From positions 101,955-165,954 of the forward strand of contig CAWJPQ010000012.1 in NCBI GenBank assembly GCA_963844825.1: a stretch of DNA of 64,000 bases, given 5' to 3'. The position numbers and the translations under genes were made by a program. This document shows positions 9,883 through 21,133 of the stretch, in pieces. The notes below the pieces were generated by a model. It ran no database searches. It was not told where the DNA came from and saw nothing but the letters and a program-made list of their open reading frames with translations. Each line of letters opens with the position of its first letter. The first letter of the stretch is position 1. This DNA is from an uncultured Gammaproteobacteria bacterium (GTDB lineage: Bacteria > Pseudomonadota > Gammaproteobacteria > CAWJPQ01).

Positions 9883-11412
9883 ATGTTTCAGCTTGGTTGC
9901 GCGAGTCGCGCATGCTTTAAAAATGAGATTCTGTCCGGTCTGACCGTGGCGTTGGCGCTGGTACCGGAGGCGGTGGCCTTCGCCTTCGTGGCGGGGGTAG
10001 CCCCCTTGGTGGGGTTGTATGCCGCATTCATGGTGGGCCTGCTGACGGCGGTGTTCGGCGGCCGTCCGGGGATGATCTCGGGCGCGACCGGCGCCATGGC
10101 GGTGGTGATGGTGGCCCTGGTGGCCAGGCATGGGGTGGAGTACCTGTTCGCCGCGGTGGTTTTGGCGGGGCTGCTCCAGATCGGCGCCGGTGTGCTGCGG
10201 TTGGGCAAGTTCATCCGCATGGTCCCCCACCCGGTGATGCTGGGTTTCGTCAACGGGCTGGCGATCGTGATCTTCCTGGCGCAGCTGCACCAGTTTCAGG
10301 TGACCTCACCTGACGGCGTGACCCATTGGTTGAGCGGTGAGCCGCTGCTGCTGTTCTCGGGCCTGATCCTGCTCACCATGCTGATCATTTACCTGATGCC
10401 GAAACTCACCGGCGCCTTCCCTGCAGCGCTGGCGGCGATTATCACGGTGAGCCTGCTGGTGTTAGGCCTGCACCTGGATACCCGGACGGTGGGTGACCTG
10501 GCCAGCATCAAGGGGGGGCTGCCTTCGTTTCATATCCCCGCCGTGCCCTTCAATTGGGAGACCCTGAGGATCATCCTCCCCTATTCGTTCATCCTCGCGG
10601 CGGTGGGTCTCATCGAGTCCCTGCTCACGCTGAGTCTGATCGACGAGATCACCAGCACCCGCGGGCGCGGCAACCGCGAGTGCATGGGCCAGGGGCTGGC
10701 CAATACGGTCACCGGCCTGTTCGGCGGGATGGGCGGCTGCGCCATGATCGGCCAGAGCATGATCAATGTGAACTCCGGCGGGCGCCAGCGTCTGTCAGGG
10801 ATCGCCGCGGCCTTGTTCCTGCTGGCTTTCATCCTGTTCGCCTCCCCGCTGATCGAGCGTATCCCCATCGCCGCCCTGGTGGGCGTCATGTTCATCGTTG
10901 TGCTGGCGACGTTCGAGTGGTCGAGCCTGCGCCTCATGGGCAAGATCCCCGCCACCGACGCCTTCGTGCTGGTCCTGGTCTCGGCGGTCACGGTTTTCAC
11001 GGATCTGGCCGTAGCGGTCGTGGTGGGGGTGATCATCTCGGCGCTGGCCTTCGCCTGGGAGCACGCCAAGCATATCAACATCAGGAGCTATGATGACGAG
11101 CGAGGCTCGCGGGTCCACGAACTCAACGGCCCGCTGTTCTTCGGCTCGGTAAATAACTTCCTGGAGCTGTTCAACCCCGAGGAAGACCCGGATGATGTGA
11201 TTATCGAGTTCCAGAACTCGCGGGTCGCCGATCACTCGGCCATCGAAGCCATCGACACCCTGGCGGAGCGCTACATCAAGGCGGGAAAGACCCTGCACCT
11301 GCGCCACCTCAACGAAGAGTGCCGCCGCCTGCTGAAAAAGGCCGGCGACCTGGTGGAGGTGAACGTCCTGGAAGACCCGCGCTATTACGTGGCGGACGAC
11401 AGGTTTGCGTGA
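9883..11412 (+). CDS. SulP family inorganic anion transporter with C-terminal STAS domain
   Basis: 509-aa polytopic [26 protein letters not shown]-terminal signature, then a soluble STAS-like tail ([10 protein letters not shown]...[17 protein letters not shown]). Confidence 0.9.
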   Translation: MFQLGCASRACFKNEILSGLTVALALVPEAVAFAFVAGVAPLVGLYAAFMVGLLTAVFGGRPGMISGATGAMAVVMVALVARHGVEYLFAAVVLAGLLQIGAGVLRLGKFIRMVPHPVMLGFVNGLAIVIFLAQLHQFQVTSPDGVTHWLSGEPLLLFSGLILLTMLIIYLMPKLTGAFPAALAAIITVSLLVLGLHLDTRTVGDLASIKGGLPSFHIPAVPFNWETLRIILPYSFILAAVGLIESLLTLSLIDEITSTRGRGNRECMGQGLANTVTGLFGGMGGCAMIGQSMINVNSGGRQRLSGIAAALFLLAFILFASPLIERIPIAALVGVMFIVVLATFEWSSLRLMGKIPATDAFVLVLVSAVTVFTDLAVAVVVGVIISALAFAWEHAKHINIRSYDDERGSRVHELNGPLFFGSVNNFLELFNPEEDPDDVIIEFQNSRVADHSAIEAIDTLAERYIKAGKTLHLRHLNEECRRLLKKAGDLVEVNVLEDPRYYVADDRFA

Positions 11413-11512
11413 GGCGGGCGGGCACGCGCGGCTTAAGCCGGTTTTCCAATACCTGGGGGAGGGTGAGGCTCCAGCCGGGAGGTATAGCCGGCGCGGCGAA
11501 GGGCCGGAAAAG

Positions 11513-12364
11513 CTATCCGTTTTGCATCAAGGTCTCAAGTTTGGCCTGAAAAAAACGCTCGCTCCAGAGCCTCACGGATTGCCGTTCAGCAGTGCCCAAA
11601 AATCGCTCAACGTCCGCGGCGGCCTGCTTCCAATCAATCACCGCGATTTTCTCCGACAGGGCGCGACTCAACCAGTCACGGTCAACTTTGAGGGCCTTGC
11701 CGGCCCAGGGGCCGTACTGGTACAGCGCGGCCTGTAAATGGGGGAGATTGGGCTGAACCTTCTGCGATACGTACCAGCTGAAGTCGTACCAGTCGCGTCC
11801 TTTCAGGTAGCTCCGGCAGAGCAATGCATGGATCTTCAATGCGAAGTTGCTGGCGAGATCCTGGTGGCACACCTCGAAATCCAAAGGGAAATCCAGGTAT
11901 GTGTAGTCATAGCCTGATCCGCTCGGTGGATTGACATCGATTTCCAGTTTGATATTGAGTTTCCGGTCGGCATGGCCGCGATAGAAGGAGAGGTTCAACT
12001 GGTTGGCGATGGCGTTGTCCTTCACAACGGCCTTCTTCACCTGTTGATCCATGTGGCTCTTGTCCAGCACCTCGGATTTCAGGCCGAATCCCTGTAGCCC
12101 CTCCAACAGCCGCCCCAGGTAGCGATTCCATTCGAACCCCGGATCCGGCTCTTTCAGGATAAAGTCCAGGTCTTCCGAGAAGCGCGGTAGCTTGTGCAGG
12201 ATGCGCAGGCTGGTGCCGCCCTGAAAGGCGGCGACCTCGAAGAAGTCCGCCCGCCATAAGGCATAGAGGGCGATCTCCTGGAGGATTTCCTTCAGGGCCT
12301 GTTCCTCCTGCACCGAACCGGTGGCGCCGTACTCGTCAAGCCGCCGTTGGATCAATTCAATCAT
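11513..12364 (-). CDS. Nucleotidyltransferase AbiEii/AbiGii toxin family protein (DUF1814)
   Basis: 283 aa. FQGGTSLRILHKLPRFSEDLDF nucleotidyltransferase motif. Overlaps the upstream AbiEi gene by 8 nt. Confidence 0.85.
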   Translation of the reverse strand: MIELIQRRLDEYGATGSVQEEQALKEILQEIALYALWRADFFEVAAFQGGTSLRILHKLPRFSEDLDFILKEPDPGFEWNRYLGRLLEGLQGFGLKSEVLDKSHMDQQVKKAVVKDNAIANQLNLSFYRGHADRKLNIKLEIDVNPPSGSGYDYTYLDFPLDFEVCHQDLASNFALKIHALLCRSYLKGRDWYDFSWYVSQKVQPNLPHLQAALYQYGPWAGKALKVDRDWLSRALSEKIAVIDWKQAAADVERFLGTAERQSVRLWSERFFQAKLETLMQNG

Positions 12365-13034
12365 TGCCCAGCTCCTTGGCCAACGAATTGAGAAAGGTTC
12401 TGACGCGCCTTTGTTTATAGACCAGGCCCAGCGTGCGGATGTCAGCGCCGGTCACGGTGCGCAGGTGTTCGGGATCGATGCGCAGGCCTTCCGTCAGCCA
12501 GCCCATCCCCTGCCATTCGGCCTTTCGCAGGCACACCAGGTCCATCAATGCCCGGACGGGTTCGGCCACCAGCATGGTCTGTTCCGTGATCTTTTCACGC
12601 TCCACCAGCTCCAGAAAATAGCCGGGTTCGACCGCCAGCGGGTGAAAGGAGAAGCTGCCGAATACCGGGTGCTCGTAGCCCAAGGACTTGCGCCCGGGTG
12701 TCACGCTGGCGGTGGTGTACACGGCCTCGGGGATCCAGCCGTGGTGGGCGAGGGCGGTCTCAAAGGAGACGTAGCTGCCCGGCACGATGGCCTGGGCGAG
12801 GGCGAAGGGGTGCGGAGGGAAGTCACGCAAGGCATCCGCCAGCAGGTAGGTGCCCCGGCGCAGGCGCAACAGTTCCCCGGCCTTAAGCGCCCGGTTGACC
12901 AGGCTGTGGCGGCGTTGTTGGCTGCCTTCGACAATCCTGGCAAGTTGGGCGTCGGTCAACACCCGATTGCACAGGCCTAAGTCCATGATTTGCCTGATCA
13001 GTGTCTGCATTGGCCTTATGAGATGATAGATCAA
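12357..13034 (-). CDS. AbiEi antitoxin-like transcriptional regulator (type IV TA)
   Basis: 225 aa. The N-terminal winged-helix region (LVNRALKAGELLRLRRGTYLL) is typical of AbiEi. Operon-coupled to AbiEii. Confidence 0.8.
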   Translation of the reverse strand: MIYHLIRPMQTLIRQIMDLGLCNRVLTDAQLARIVEGSQQRRHSLVNRALKAGELLRLRRGTYLLADALRDFPPHPFALAQAIVPGSYVSFETALAHHGWIPEAVYTTASVTPGRKSLGYEHPVFGSFSFHPLAVEPGYFLELVEREKITEQTMLVAEPVRALMDLVCLRKAEWQGMGWLTEGLRIDPEHLRTVTGADIRTLGLVYKQRRVRTFLNSLAKELGND

Positions 13035-13236
13035 GAATTTCCAGAAACTTGCATATTACGGAAGTTTACGCCAAATTTAATGTATGTCAAATAGACAGTA
13101 GACGAGCTACTGCCATTGATTCGTTGACAACATCCCGTAATTGGAAAATAATCTCGGCAACTACAACGCAGTAGAGGCTCTACGAAATAGGAAAGCCGGC
13201 ACCAGGGACGGCGCCATTGATCAAGAAAACGACTCC

Positions 13237-13815
13237 ATGCGCAAACCATTACAAGCCCTCGCCGACCTCGCCGAGATCCGCTCCGGCTATACCTTTCGGG
13301 CCAGGGTTCAGGATGACCCCCTGGGCGACGTGTCGGTGCTGCAGATCAAAGACCTCAAGGGCCACGGCGACGGATTCCCAAAGGAGCTGCCCCGTATCCG
13401 CTGGGAAGGCGCGGGCGCGCCGCCCGTGCTGGCAGCCGGCGACATTGTCCTGCCGGGCCGCGGCGAATACCACGAGGCGGTCATGGCCGACGGCAAGGTT
13501 CCGGTCATCGCCACCAGCCAGATGTTCGTCCTACGGGTGCAAGGCCGGGCGGTCACTCCGCAGTACCTGTGCTGGTATCTGAACCAGCCCCAGGCGGGCG
13601 CCTATTTCCGGGCGCACCTCACCGGCAGCAACATGCCCATGTTGACCAAGCAGGCCCTGGCGGCCATGCCGGTGCCCGTCCCGCCCCTTGAGACGCAGCA
13701 TAAGATCATTGCCTTGCAGCGGCTGTGGGAGCGGGAAAGAGACCTGACCCAGCGATTACTGCATAATCGCGAGACCCTGTTCAAAGGCATCTTTCAGCAC
13801 TTACTGGAGCACTGA
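13237..13815 (+). CDS. hsdS: Type I restriction-modification specificity subunit, half-size (one TRD plus one conserved helix)
   Basis: LADLAEIRSGYTF start of a target-recognition domain and PPLETQHKIIALQRLWERERDL conserved coiled region. Only about 190 aa. Ends 5 nt before hsdM. Confidence 0.75.
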   Translation: MRKPLQALADLAEIRSGYTFRARVQDDPLGDVSVLQIKDLKGHGDGFPKELPRIRWEGAGAPPVLAAGDIVLPGRGEYHEAVMADGKVPVIATSQMFVLRVQGRAVTPQYLCWYLNQPQAGAYFRAHLTGSNMPMLTKQALAAMPVPVPPLETQHKIIALQRLWERERDLTQRLLHNRETLFKGIFQHLLEH

Positions 13816-13820
13816 GCACC

Positions 13821-15350
13821 ATGGCAAAGGTGGAACAAAGAGAAATCAACAACGCCGTGTGGAACGCCTGCGATACCTTCCGCGGCACCGTCGACCCCAG
13901 CATCTACAAGGACTACGTCCTGACCATGCTGTTCCTGAAATACCTCTCGGACGTGTGGCAGGACCACTACGACGAATACCAGAAAGCAACACGGCGACCA
14001 TCCGGAGCTGATCGAGGAAATGCTCAAGAACGAGCGCTTCGTCCTGCCCGAAATCCGCCAACTTCTACACCCTCTACGAGCACCGCTTCGAGCCGGCAAC
14101 GGCGAGCGCATCGACAAGGCCCTGCACGCCATCGAAGACGGCAACGGCGACCAAGCTGCGCGACGGCGAAACGGCGTGTTCCAGGACATCAGCTTCAACT
14201 CCAACCGGCTGGGCGACGAGGCGCAGAAGAACGACATCCTGCGCCACCTGCTGGAGGACTTCGCCAAGCCCGCAGCTCGACCTGCGCCCCAGCCGCGTCG
14301 GCAAGCTCGACATCATCGGCAACGCCTACGAATTCCTGATCGAGCAACTTCGCCGCCAGCGCCGGCAAGAAGGCCGGCGAGTTCTACACCCCCGCCGAGG
14401 TCTCCGAGCTGATCGCCGAACTGGTGGCCCCAGGGGGCGACCAGCATCTGCGACCCGGCCTGCGGCTCGGCCTCGCTGCTGATGAAATGCGCCCGCCAGA
14501 TCAAGGCACGCTACAAGGGCTCCAGGAAATACCCGCTCTACGGCCAGGAGGCCATCGGCAGCACCTGGGCGCTGGCGAAGATGAACATGTTCCTCCACGG
14601 CGAGGACAACCACCGCATCGAGTGGGGCGACACCCTGCGCAACCCGCGCCTGCTGGACGGCGACGACAACCTGCTGCACTTCGACGTGGTGGTGGCCAAT
14701 CCGCCGTTCTCGCCTGGACAAGTGGGGCTACGAGACCGCCGAGGACGACCCGTTCGGGCGCTTCCGCCGCGGCATCCCGCCCAAGACCAAGGGCGACTAC
14801 GCCTTCATCCTGCACATGATCGAGACGCTCAAGCCGCGCACCGGCCGCATGGCGTGGTCGTGCCCCACGGCGTGCTGTTCCGCGGCGGCGGCCGAGGGCA
14901 AGATCCGCCAGCAGCTCATCGAGGAGAACCTGCTGGATGCCGTCATCGGCCTGCCGGAAAAGCTCTTCTTCGGCACCGGCATCCCCGCCGCCATCCTGAT
15001 CTTCAAGCGAGAAGCAAGGCCGACCAGGATGTGCTGTTCATCGACGCCAGCCGGGAATTCGAGGCCGGCAAGAACCAGAACCGGCTCGACCGACGAGAAC
15101 ATCGACAAGATCGTCGCCACCTACCAGGCGCGCGAGAACGTGGACAAATACGCCTACCTCGCCAGCCATCGAGGAGATCGGGGAGAACGACTACAACCTG
15201 AACATCCCCCGCTATGTGGATACCTTCGAGGAGGAGGAGGAGATCGATCTGATGGCGGTACGCAAGGAGCGGGAGTCAGTTGAAGGCGGAGCTGGCGGGG
15301 CTTGGAGAAAGAGATGGAAAAGTACCTGAAGGAAGTTGGGATATGGTTCC
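13821..15350 (+). pseudogene. hsdM: Type I R-M methyltransferase HsdM, multiply frameshifted
   Basis: Canonical HsdM peptide (MAKVEQREINNAVWNACDTFRG..., GEFYTPAEVSELIAELVAP, VVANPPFS, GVLFRGG, YNLNIPRYVD) is spread over ORFs 13821, 14020, 14424, 14482 and 14816 in different frames. Pseudogene status depends on assembly accuracy. Confidence 0.8.
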
Positions 15351-16627
15351 TAAGGGCTGGCGTATCAAATCGCTCGACTCCGTTCTGGAACGTGTGAGTT
15401 AGGCCGATCGATCCGATGCCGGATGTTTCCTACAGGGAGATCGGAATTCGTTCTCACGGGAAAGGAATATTTCACAAGGATCCTGTTCCTGGAAAAAGTC
15501 TGGGTGACAAGCGAGTCTTCAAGGTATCTAACCGAATTGCTTCGTGGTAAATATTGTGTTCGCCTGGGAACAGGCAGTCGCCAGAACGACAAGTGAGGAG
15601 GAGGGGATGATCGCGTCGCACCGATTCCCCATGTACAGGCCAAAGAACAACCAGTGCGATGTGGATTTTCTTACCAATATTACTGTACAAGACATTGAAG
15701 AATATGTGAAGTATGCTTCGGAACTGGCCTCGCCTGGTGGGCCAGGGCGAACATCAGATGCTGGGACAAATTAGGGAGTTTTCGAAGTTCTAATTCCCTA
15801 TGCCTTAAGACGAACAGACAAGAATTGCTCAAATCCTTTCCGCCTGGGACAAGGCCATCGAAACCACCAAAAAGCTGATCGCCAACAGCAAGGCGCAAAA
15901 AAAGGCGCTGATGCAGCAACTGCTGACAGGGTAAAAAGCGGCTTCCTGGAGTTTACGAGTGAAGTGGCAGCCAAGTATGCAGCATCAGGAATCACCATGG
16001 GATGAGTTAGTAACGTGGACAAAACACCGGATAGCTAATGAGCTTGCTGCGTAGGTTGGGCAATACAGGGACGTGTATTATAACGATTACACGACCGATA
16101 TCATGAGCGTTCATAGTTTCAATACGGCTAATGAGAGACGAAATTGCAAAAGTTACTCACATATGAGGTTTAAGGGGATGTGATCATCACGAAGGATTCT
16201 GAACCTACCGGATAGCATACTAGCTGTTACAAGCATTCGAGTGTAGGAAAACCTGGCTAGTCGCCAGGAATGCGGTTATCATCTGGCAATCCGTCCGTCC
16301 TAATGCTGATGTTGCCTAATGGTAGATTATGACGTGGCGCTCTTATCTACTGCCGAAAATTCCAGTCATTACAAGCATTTTTCTCGTTGAGCTAACGTGT
16401 GTCCAACGCGCTCTTGAGCTTATCGTTAGGGGCGATTTCAAAGCGGCAATACCTTTTTCGTTCCTGAAATTGAACAGCAGAAGAAAATTTCCGGGATATT
16501 AATGTTGGTTGACGATGGCATAAGGAATCTTCTGTCTCAATTGGAAGCGCTGAAGGTAGAGAAGAAATCCCTAATGCAACAACTCCTCACCGGCAAGCGC
16601 CGCGTCAAGCTGGATTCCGCCGCCTGA
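15343..16627 (+). pseudogene. hsdS: Type I R-M specificity subunit HsdS (full-length type), degraded
   Basis: Fragments MVPKGWRIKSLDSVLERV, IVFAWEQAVARTT, AQILSAWDKAIETTKKLIANSKAQKKALMQQLLTGK and EQQKKISGILMLVDDGIRNLLSQLEALKVEKKSLMQQLLTGKRRV lie in different frames. The low-GC second TRD (about 16020..16440) has many stops. Confidence 0.7.
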
Positions 16628-16637
16628 TCTTGCTGCC

Positions 16638-19600
16638 ATGACCCCCGACACCCGCGAACAGTACAGCAGCCACATCCCGGCCCTGAAGACCCTCATGGCG
16701 CTGGGCTGGGAGTATCTGTCGCCGGCTGAGTGTCTGGCCAAGCGCGGCGGCACCCGCGAGGTGATTCTGAAGGACGAGCTGATCGCGGTGCTGAAGACAG
16801 CGGCGCTTCGAGTACAAGGGGCAGTGGTATCCGCTGTCGCCCAATGCCATCGACCAGATCGTGCGCGAGCTCGCCACGCCGGGCCTGAACGAGGGCCTGC
16901 TCACCGCCAGCGAAAGGCTCTACGAGAAGCTCAGCCTGGGCATCACCGTCACCGAGTTCATCGACGGCAAGAGACACTCGCCCACCATCGCCGTAATCGA
17001 CTGGGACGATCCGACCCAGAACCGCTTCCAGGTCACCGAGGAGCTGGAGGTGGCCAGCAGCAGCCGGCACCCACATCCGCCGCCCCGACATGGTGGGTTA
17101 TGTCAACGGCCTGCCGCTGGTGGTGATCGAGGCCAAGCGCCCGGATGCGTCGGCAATCCCAACAAGGACATGCTGGACGAGGGCATCAGCCAGCAGATCC
17201 GCAACCAGAAGAACGACGAGATCCCGGTGCTGTTCGCCTATGCGCAACTGCTGTTGTCGGTGAACGGCAGCGACGGCCGCTACGGCACCACCAAGACCCG
17301 CCGGGAAGTTCTGGGCCCGCTGGCGCGAGGAGCTGTTCGGCGAGGAACATCTGAACAGGATCAAGAACATCCCGCTGAGCGCCGAGCAGCGCGAAGCCCT
17401 GTTGGCCGACAAACCGGCCCAGGTGCGGCGCTATTTCGAGTCCCTGTGGGCCAACCCGGAGCTGTGCACCGATCAGGACCGGCTGCTGATCGGCCTGCTG
17501 ACGCCCGAGCGGCTGCTGGAGTTCGTGCGCTTTTTCATCCTGTTCGATAGCAAACGGGGCAAGATCGCCGCCCGCTATCCCCAGGCCTTCGGCATCAAGG
17601 CCCTGATCGAGCGCATCGACCAGTGCGGCCGCCCCGACGGCGGCCGGGAGGGTGGGGTGCATCTGGCACACCACCGGCTCGGGCAAGTCCCTGACCATGG
17701 TGTATCTGTGCAAGGCCCTGCTGCTGCATCCGTCCCTGAAGCAGTGCCGCATCGTGGTCGTCACCGACCGCGTGGACCTGGAAAAGCAGCTGGCCGGCAC
17801 TTTTCTCACCAGCGGCGCCTTCGGCTCGGCCATCGCCGCCAGGAAGGACGGGGAGAAGGCCAAGGCACGCTCGGGCAGGGACCTGGCCCTGCGCATCGGC
17901 CAGGGCACCGAGCGCATCATCTTTTCCATCATCAACAAGTTCCATACCGCCTCGCGCCAGCCCGAGTGCTACAACCCCTCGGAGAATCTGATCGTGCTCA
18001 TCGACGAGGGCCACCGCAGCCAGGGGGGCGAAAACCATGAACGCATGCGCAAGGCCCTGCCCAACGCCGCCTATATCGCCTTCACCGGCACGCCGCTGCT
18101 CAAGGACGACAAGACCACCAACAAGTTCGGGCCCATCGTCCATGCCTACACCATGCAGCGCGCCGTGGAGGACGGAACGGTGACGCCCCTGCTCTACGAG
18201 GAGCGCCGGCCCGAGCTGATGGTCAACGAAAGGGCCATGGACAACTGGTTCGACAGGATCACCGCCTCCCTGTCGGACGAGCAGAAGAGCGACCTGAAGA
18301 GGAAGTTCGCCAACAAGGGCGCCGTCTACGGCTCCGAGAATCGCATCGAGCTGATCGCCTGGGATATCGCCGCCCACTTTCGATGACAACATCAAGGAGC
18401 TGGACATGGGCCTGAAGGGCCAGCTCGCCACCGACAGCAAGCTCTCGGCCATCCGCTACAAGAAGCACCTGGACGCGACCGGCCTGGTCAGCAGCGCCGT
18501 GGTCATCTCGCCGCCGGACACCCGCGAGGGCACGCGGATGTGGACGAGGCGACACTGCCGGAGGTGCAGCAGTGGTGGAAGGACAACGTGGGCGCAGGAC
18601 GCCGAAGGCTATGAGCGCAGGGTCATCGAGGACTTCGGCACCGAGGGCGATCCGGACCTGCTGATCGTGGTGGACAAGCTGCTGACCGGTTTCGACGAGC
18701 CGCGCAACGCCGTGCTGTACATCGACAAGCCGCTCAAGGAGCACAACCTGATCCAGGCCATCGCCCGGGTCAACCGGCTGCACGAGCAGAAGCAGTACGG
18801 CTTGCTGATCGACTACCGCGGCATACTCGAGGAACTGGACACCTCCATCAAGCAGTACCAGGATCTGGCCAGCCGCACCCAGGGCGGCTATGACATCGAC
18901 GATATCGAGGGCCTGTATCACTCGATCAGCACCGAGTACAAGCGGTTGCCCATGCTGCACGACGCGGCTGTGGGCGCATTTTCGCGGCGGTGAAGAACAG
19001 ACAGGATCTGGAACAGTACCGCCAGCTCCTGATTCCGGAGTACGCCGAGGACGGCGACGGGCAACAGCTACGACAAGCGCCAGAAGGTCCGCGAGGATTT
19101 CTACAGGCGCTGACCGAATTCGGCCTGTGCCTGAAGGTGGCGCTGTCGTCCCGCGCTTTCTTCGAGGACGGCAGCTTCACCGGAAGAGATGATCCGAACC
19201 TACAAGAAGGACCTGAGGTTCTTCACCGATCTGCGCATGATCGCCCGCCAGGATGCCCAGGAGACCGTGGACTACAGCCGCTATGAGGAGCAGATCCGCC
19301 GGCTGGTGGACAAGCACGTGGTCGGCAACGAGATCAGGGAGCCGGAGGGCGTCTACATCGTGGGCGACCTGGGCAAGAGAAAGCCCGGAAGATTGGTCGG
19401 AGGAAAAGACCCGCAACGAGACCGACCTGATCCGCACCCGCATCAAGAAGACCATCGAGCAGGAGCTGGCCGACGATCCCTATGCCCAGCAGGTGTTTTC
19501 CGAACTGCTCAAGCAGGCCATCGCCGAGGCCGAGGCCCTGTTCGATCATCCCCTCAAGCAATATGCCTTGTTCAAGGCGTTCGAGGAAAAGGTGCAGGCG

Positions 19601-19931
19601 CGGTGCCGTTGAGGGAATCCCGGAGGCCTTGGCCGGCAATGGCCATGCGAAGGCCTACTACGGGGTCTTTCGGCTGGTGCTGGGGGATGACCACTTTGCC
19701 GGGCTGGGAGAGGACGAGCTGGCGCTGCTTGTGGAGGAGGCCTTGGCGATGGATAAGATCGTCGATGACGCCGTCGCGGAGCATTCGCTGAGCCCGCATA
19801 GCATCGAGGCGGCCATCCGCAACGGCCTGCTGCCGCGCCTTTACAAACTGATGGGAATGGACAATGCCAAACAGGTTATCGACAGGGTGATTCAGATCAC
19901 CCGCGTCGGCCTCAGCCGGGGGGAGGGCTAA
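16638..19931 (+). pseudogene. hsdR: Type I restriction enzyme R subunit HsdR, multiply frameshifted
   Basis: Continuous HsdR-like peptide is recoverable only by hopping frames through ORFs 16638, 16861, 17402, 17652, 18406, 18890, 18990, 19189, 19253 and 19482. Helicase motifs HTTGSGKS, LIDEGHRSQ and QAIARVNR are present. Confidence 0.8.
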
Positions 19932-20659
19932 TGCTCGAGCAGTCTTTTCATTACGGAGAGCGCCGGATTCCCTATAAGGTAATCTTCGTTCCCGGGGGTC
20001 GAAATAGGATCAGCATTCATGTTCATCCCGACGGCGCCGTGCAAGTCGATGCGCCTATGGATACCCCGCTGCCCGAGATCAAGCATGCGGTGTACCGGCG
20101 GGCGAGATGGCTGTCTCATCAGCTGGATCGCATCAAGGACCACGGCCGATACGTGCTGCCCAGAGAATACGTCAGCGGAGAGAGCCATTTCTATCTGGGG
20201 CGGCGTTACGTGTTGAAGGTCCTGCAGAACGGACAGGAAGCCCCGTCCGTCAAACTGTTAAGAGGGCAGCTGCGGGTTGTGACCGCTAGCGGCGACTCCG
20301 GGGTTGTTAAAGGATTGTTGTGGGCATGGTACAAATCTCATGCGCTAGCCGCCTTTGATCGCCGTCTGGATGCGCTCTGGCCGAAGCTGGATTGGGTTGA
20401 AAAGAAACCGGCATGGAGGCTGCTGGCCATGAAAAAGCAGTGGGGAAGCTGTTCGCCGAAAGGTGGTCTGTCTTTGAATCCCCACCTGGTAAAGGCGCCG
20501 CCTCCATGTATTGATTATGTGCTGCTCCATGAGCTTTGCCACCTCAAGTTTCATAACCACAGTCCGAGCTATTATCGCTTGTTGAGCAGGCACATGCCGG
20601 GGTGGGAGGGGGTCAAGGCGCGCCTGGACGGCATGGCCGAACTGTTTCTGAATGTATAG
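19931..20659 (+). CDS. YgjP-like M48/SprT-family metallopeptidase (DUF45)
   Basis: HELCHLKFHNH zinc-binding motif. Its ATG overlaps the hsdR stop (TAATG). This family commonly accompanies Type I R-M loci. Confidence 0.8.
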   Translation: MLEQSFHYGERRIPYKVIFVPGGRNRISIHVHPDGAVQVDAPMDTPLPEIKHAVYRRARWLSHQLDRIKDHGRYVLPREYVSGESHFYLGRRYVLKVLQNGQEAPSVKLLRGQLRVVTASGDSGVVKGLLWAWYKSHALAAFDRRLDALWPKLDWVEKKPAWRLLAMKKQWGSCSPKGGLSLNPHLVKAPPPCIDYVLLHELCHLKFHNHSPSYYRLLSRHMPGWEGVKARLDGMAELFLNV

Positions 20660-20959
20660 AGCGACGGATTCGGGTTTGAGTCGCCGCGGATCATCGTGGA
20701 GGTCAAGCACAGAGGTCAGCAGATCGGGGCCCAACAAATCCGCAACTTTCTCGGCGGCAGGCACAAGGACGACAAGGGGCTGTATGTGAGCACCGGCGGA
20801 TTCTCAAAAGATGCCCGGTATGAGGCGGATCGGGCCAATATCCCGGTGACGCTGATGGACATCGACGCCCTGGTGACCGGTATTCTGCAGCACTATGACA
20901 ACATGGACATGGAAGGTCGAAATCTGTTGCCGCTGACAAAGATCTACTGGCCGGTATAA
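20660..20959 (+). pseudogene. Mrr-like restriction endonuclease, C-terminal fragment only
   Basis: SDGFGFESPRIIVEVKHRGQQIGAQQIRNFLGG...GLYVSTGGFSKDA is the D-(x)n-E-x-K core and tail of the Mrr_cat domain. The N-terminal half is absent. Begins directly after, and in frame with, the ygjP-like stop codon. Confidence 0.65.
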
Positions 20960-21133
20960 ATCGCTTCGCGGGGCTGTCGGAAGGGGTGGAGACCGTGGTT
21001 GTATTGGAAAATAATTCCAGATTACAGAGGCATACTGTTATTCCCCGAGCTTGCGCTTACTTTCCTGAGGGTTTGGCCGATAACTACAGAACGTCATCCC
21101 GATTCCCCAAGACGCTTGATGCCGAGGTGATTA

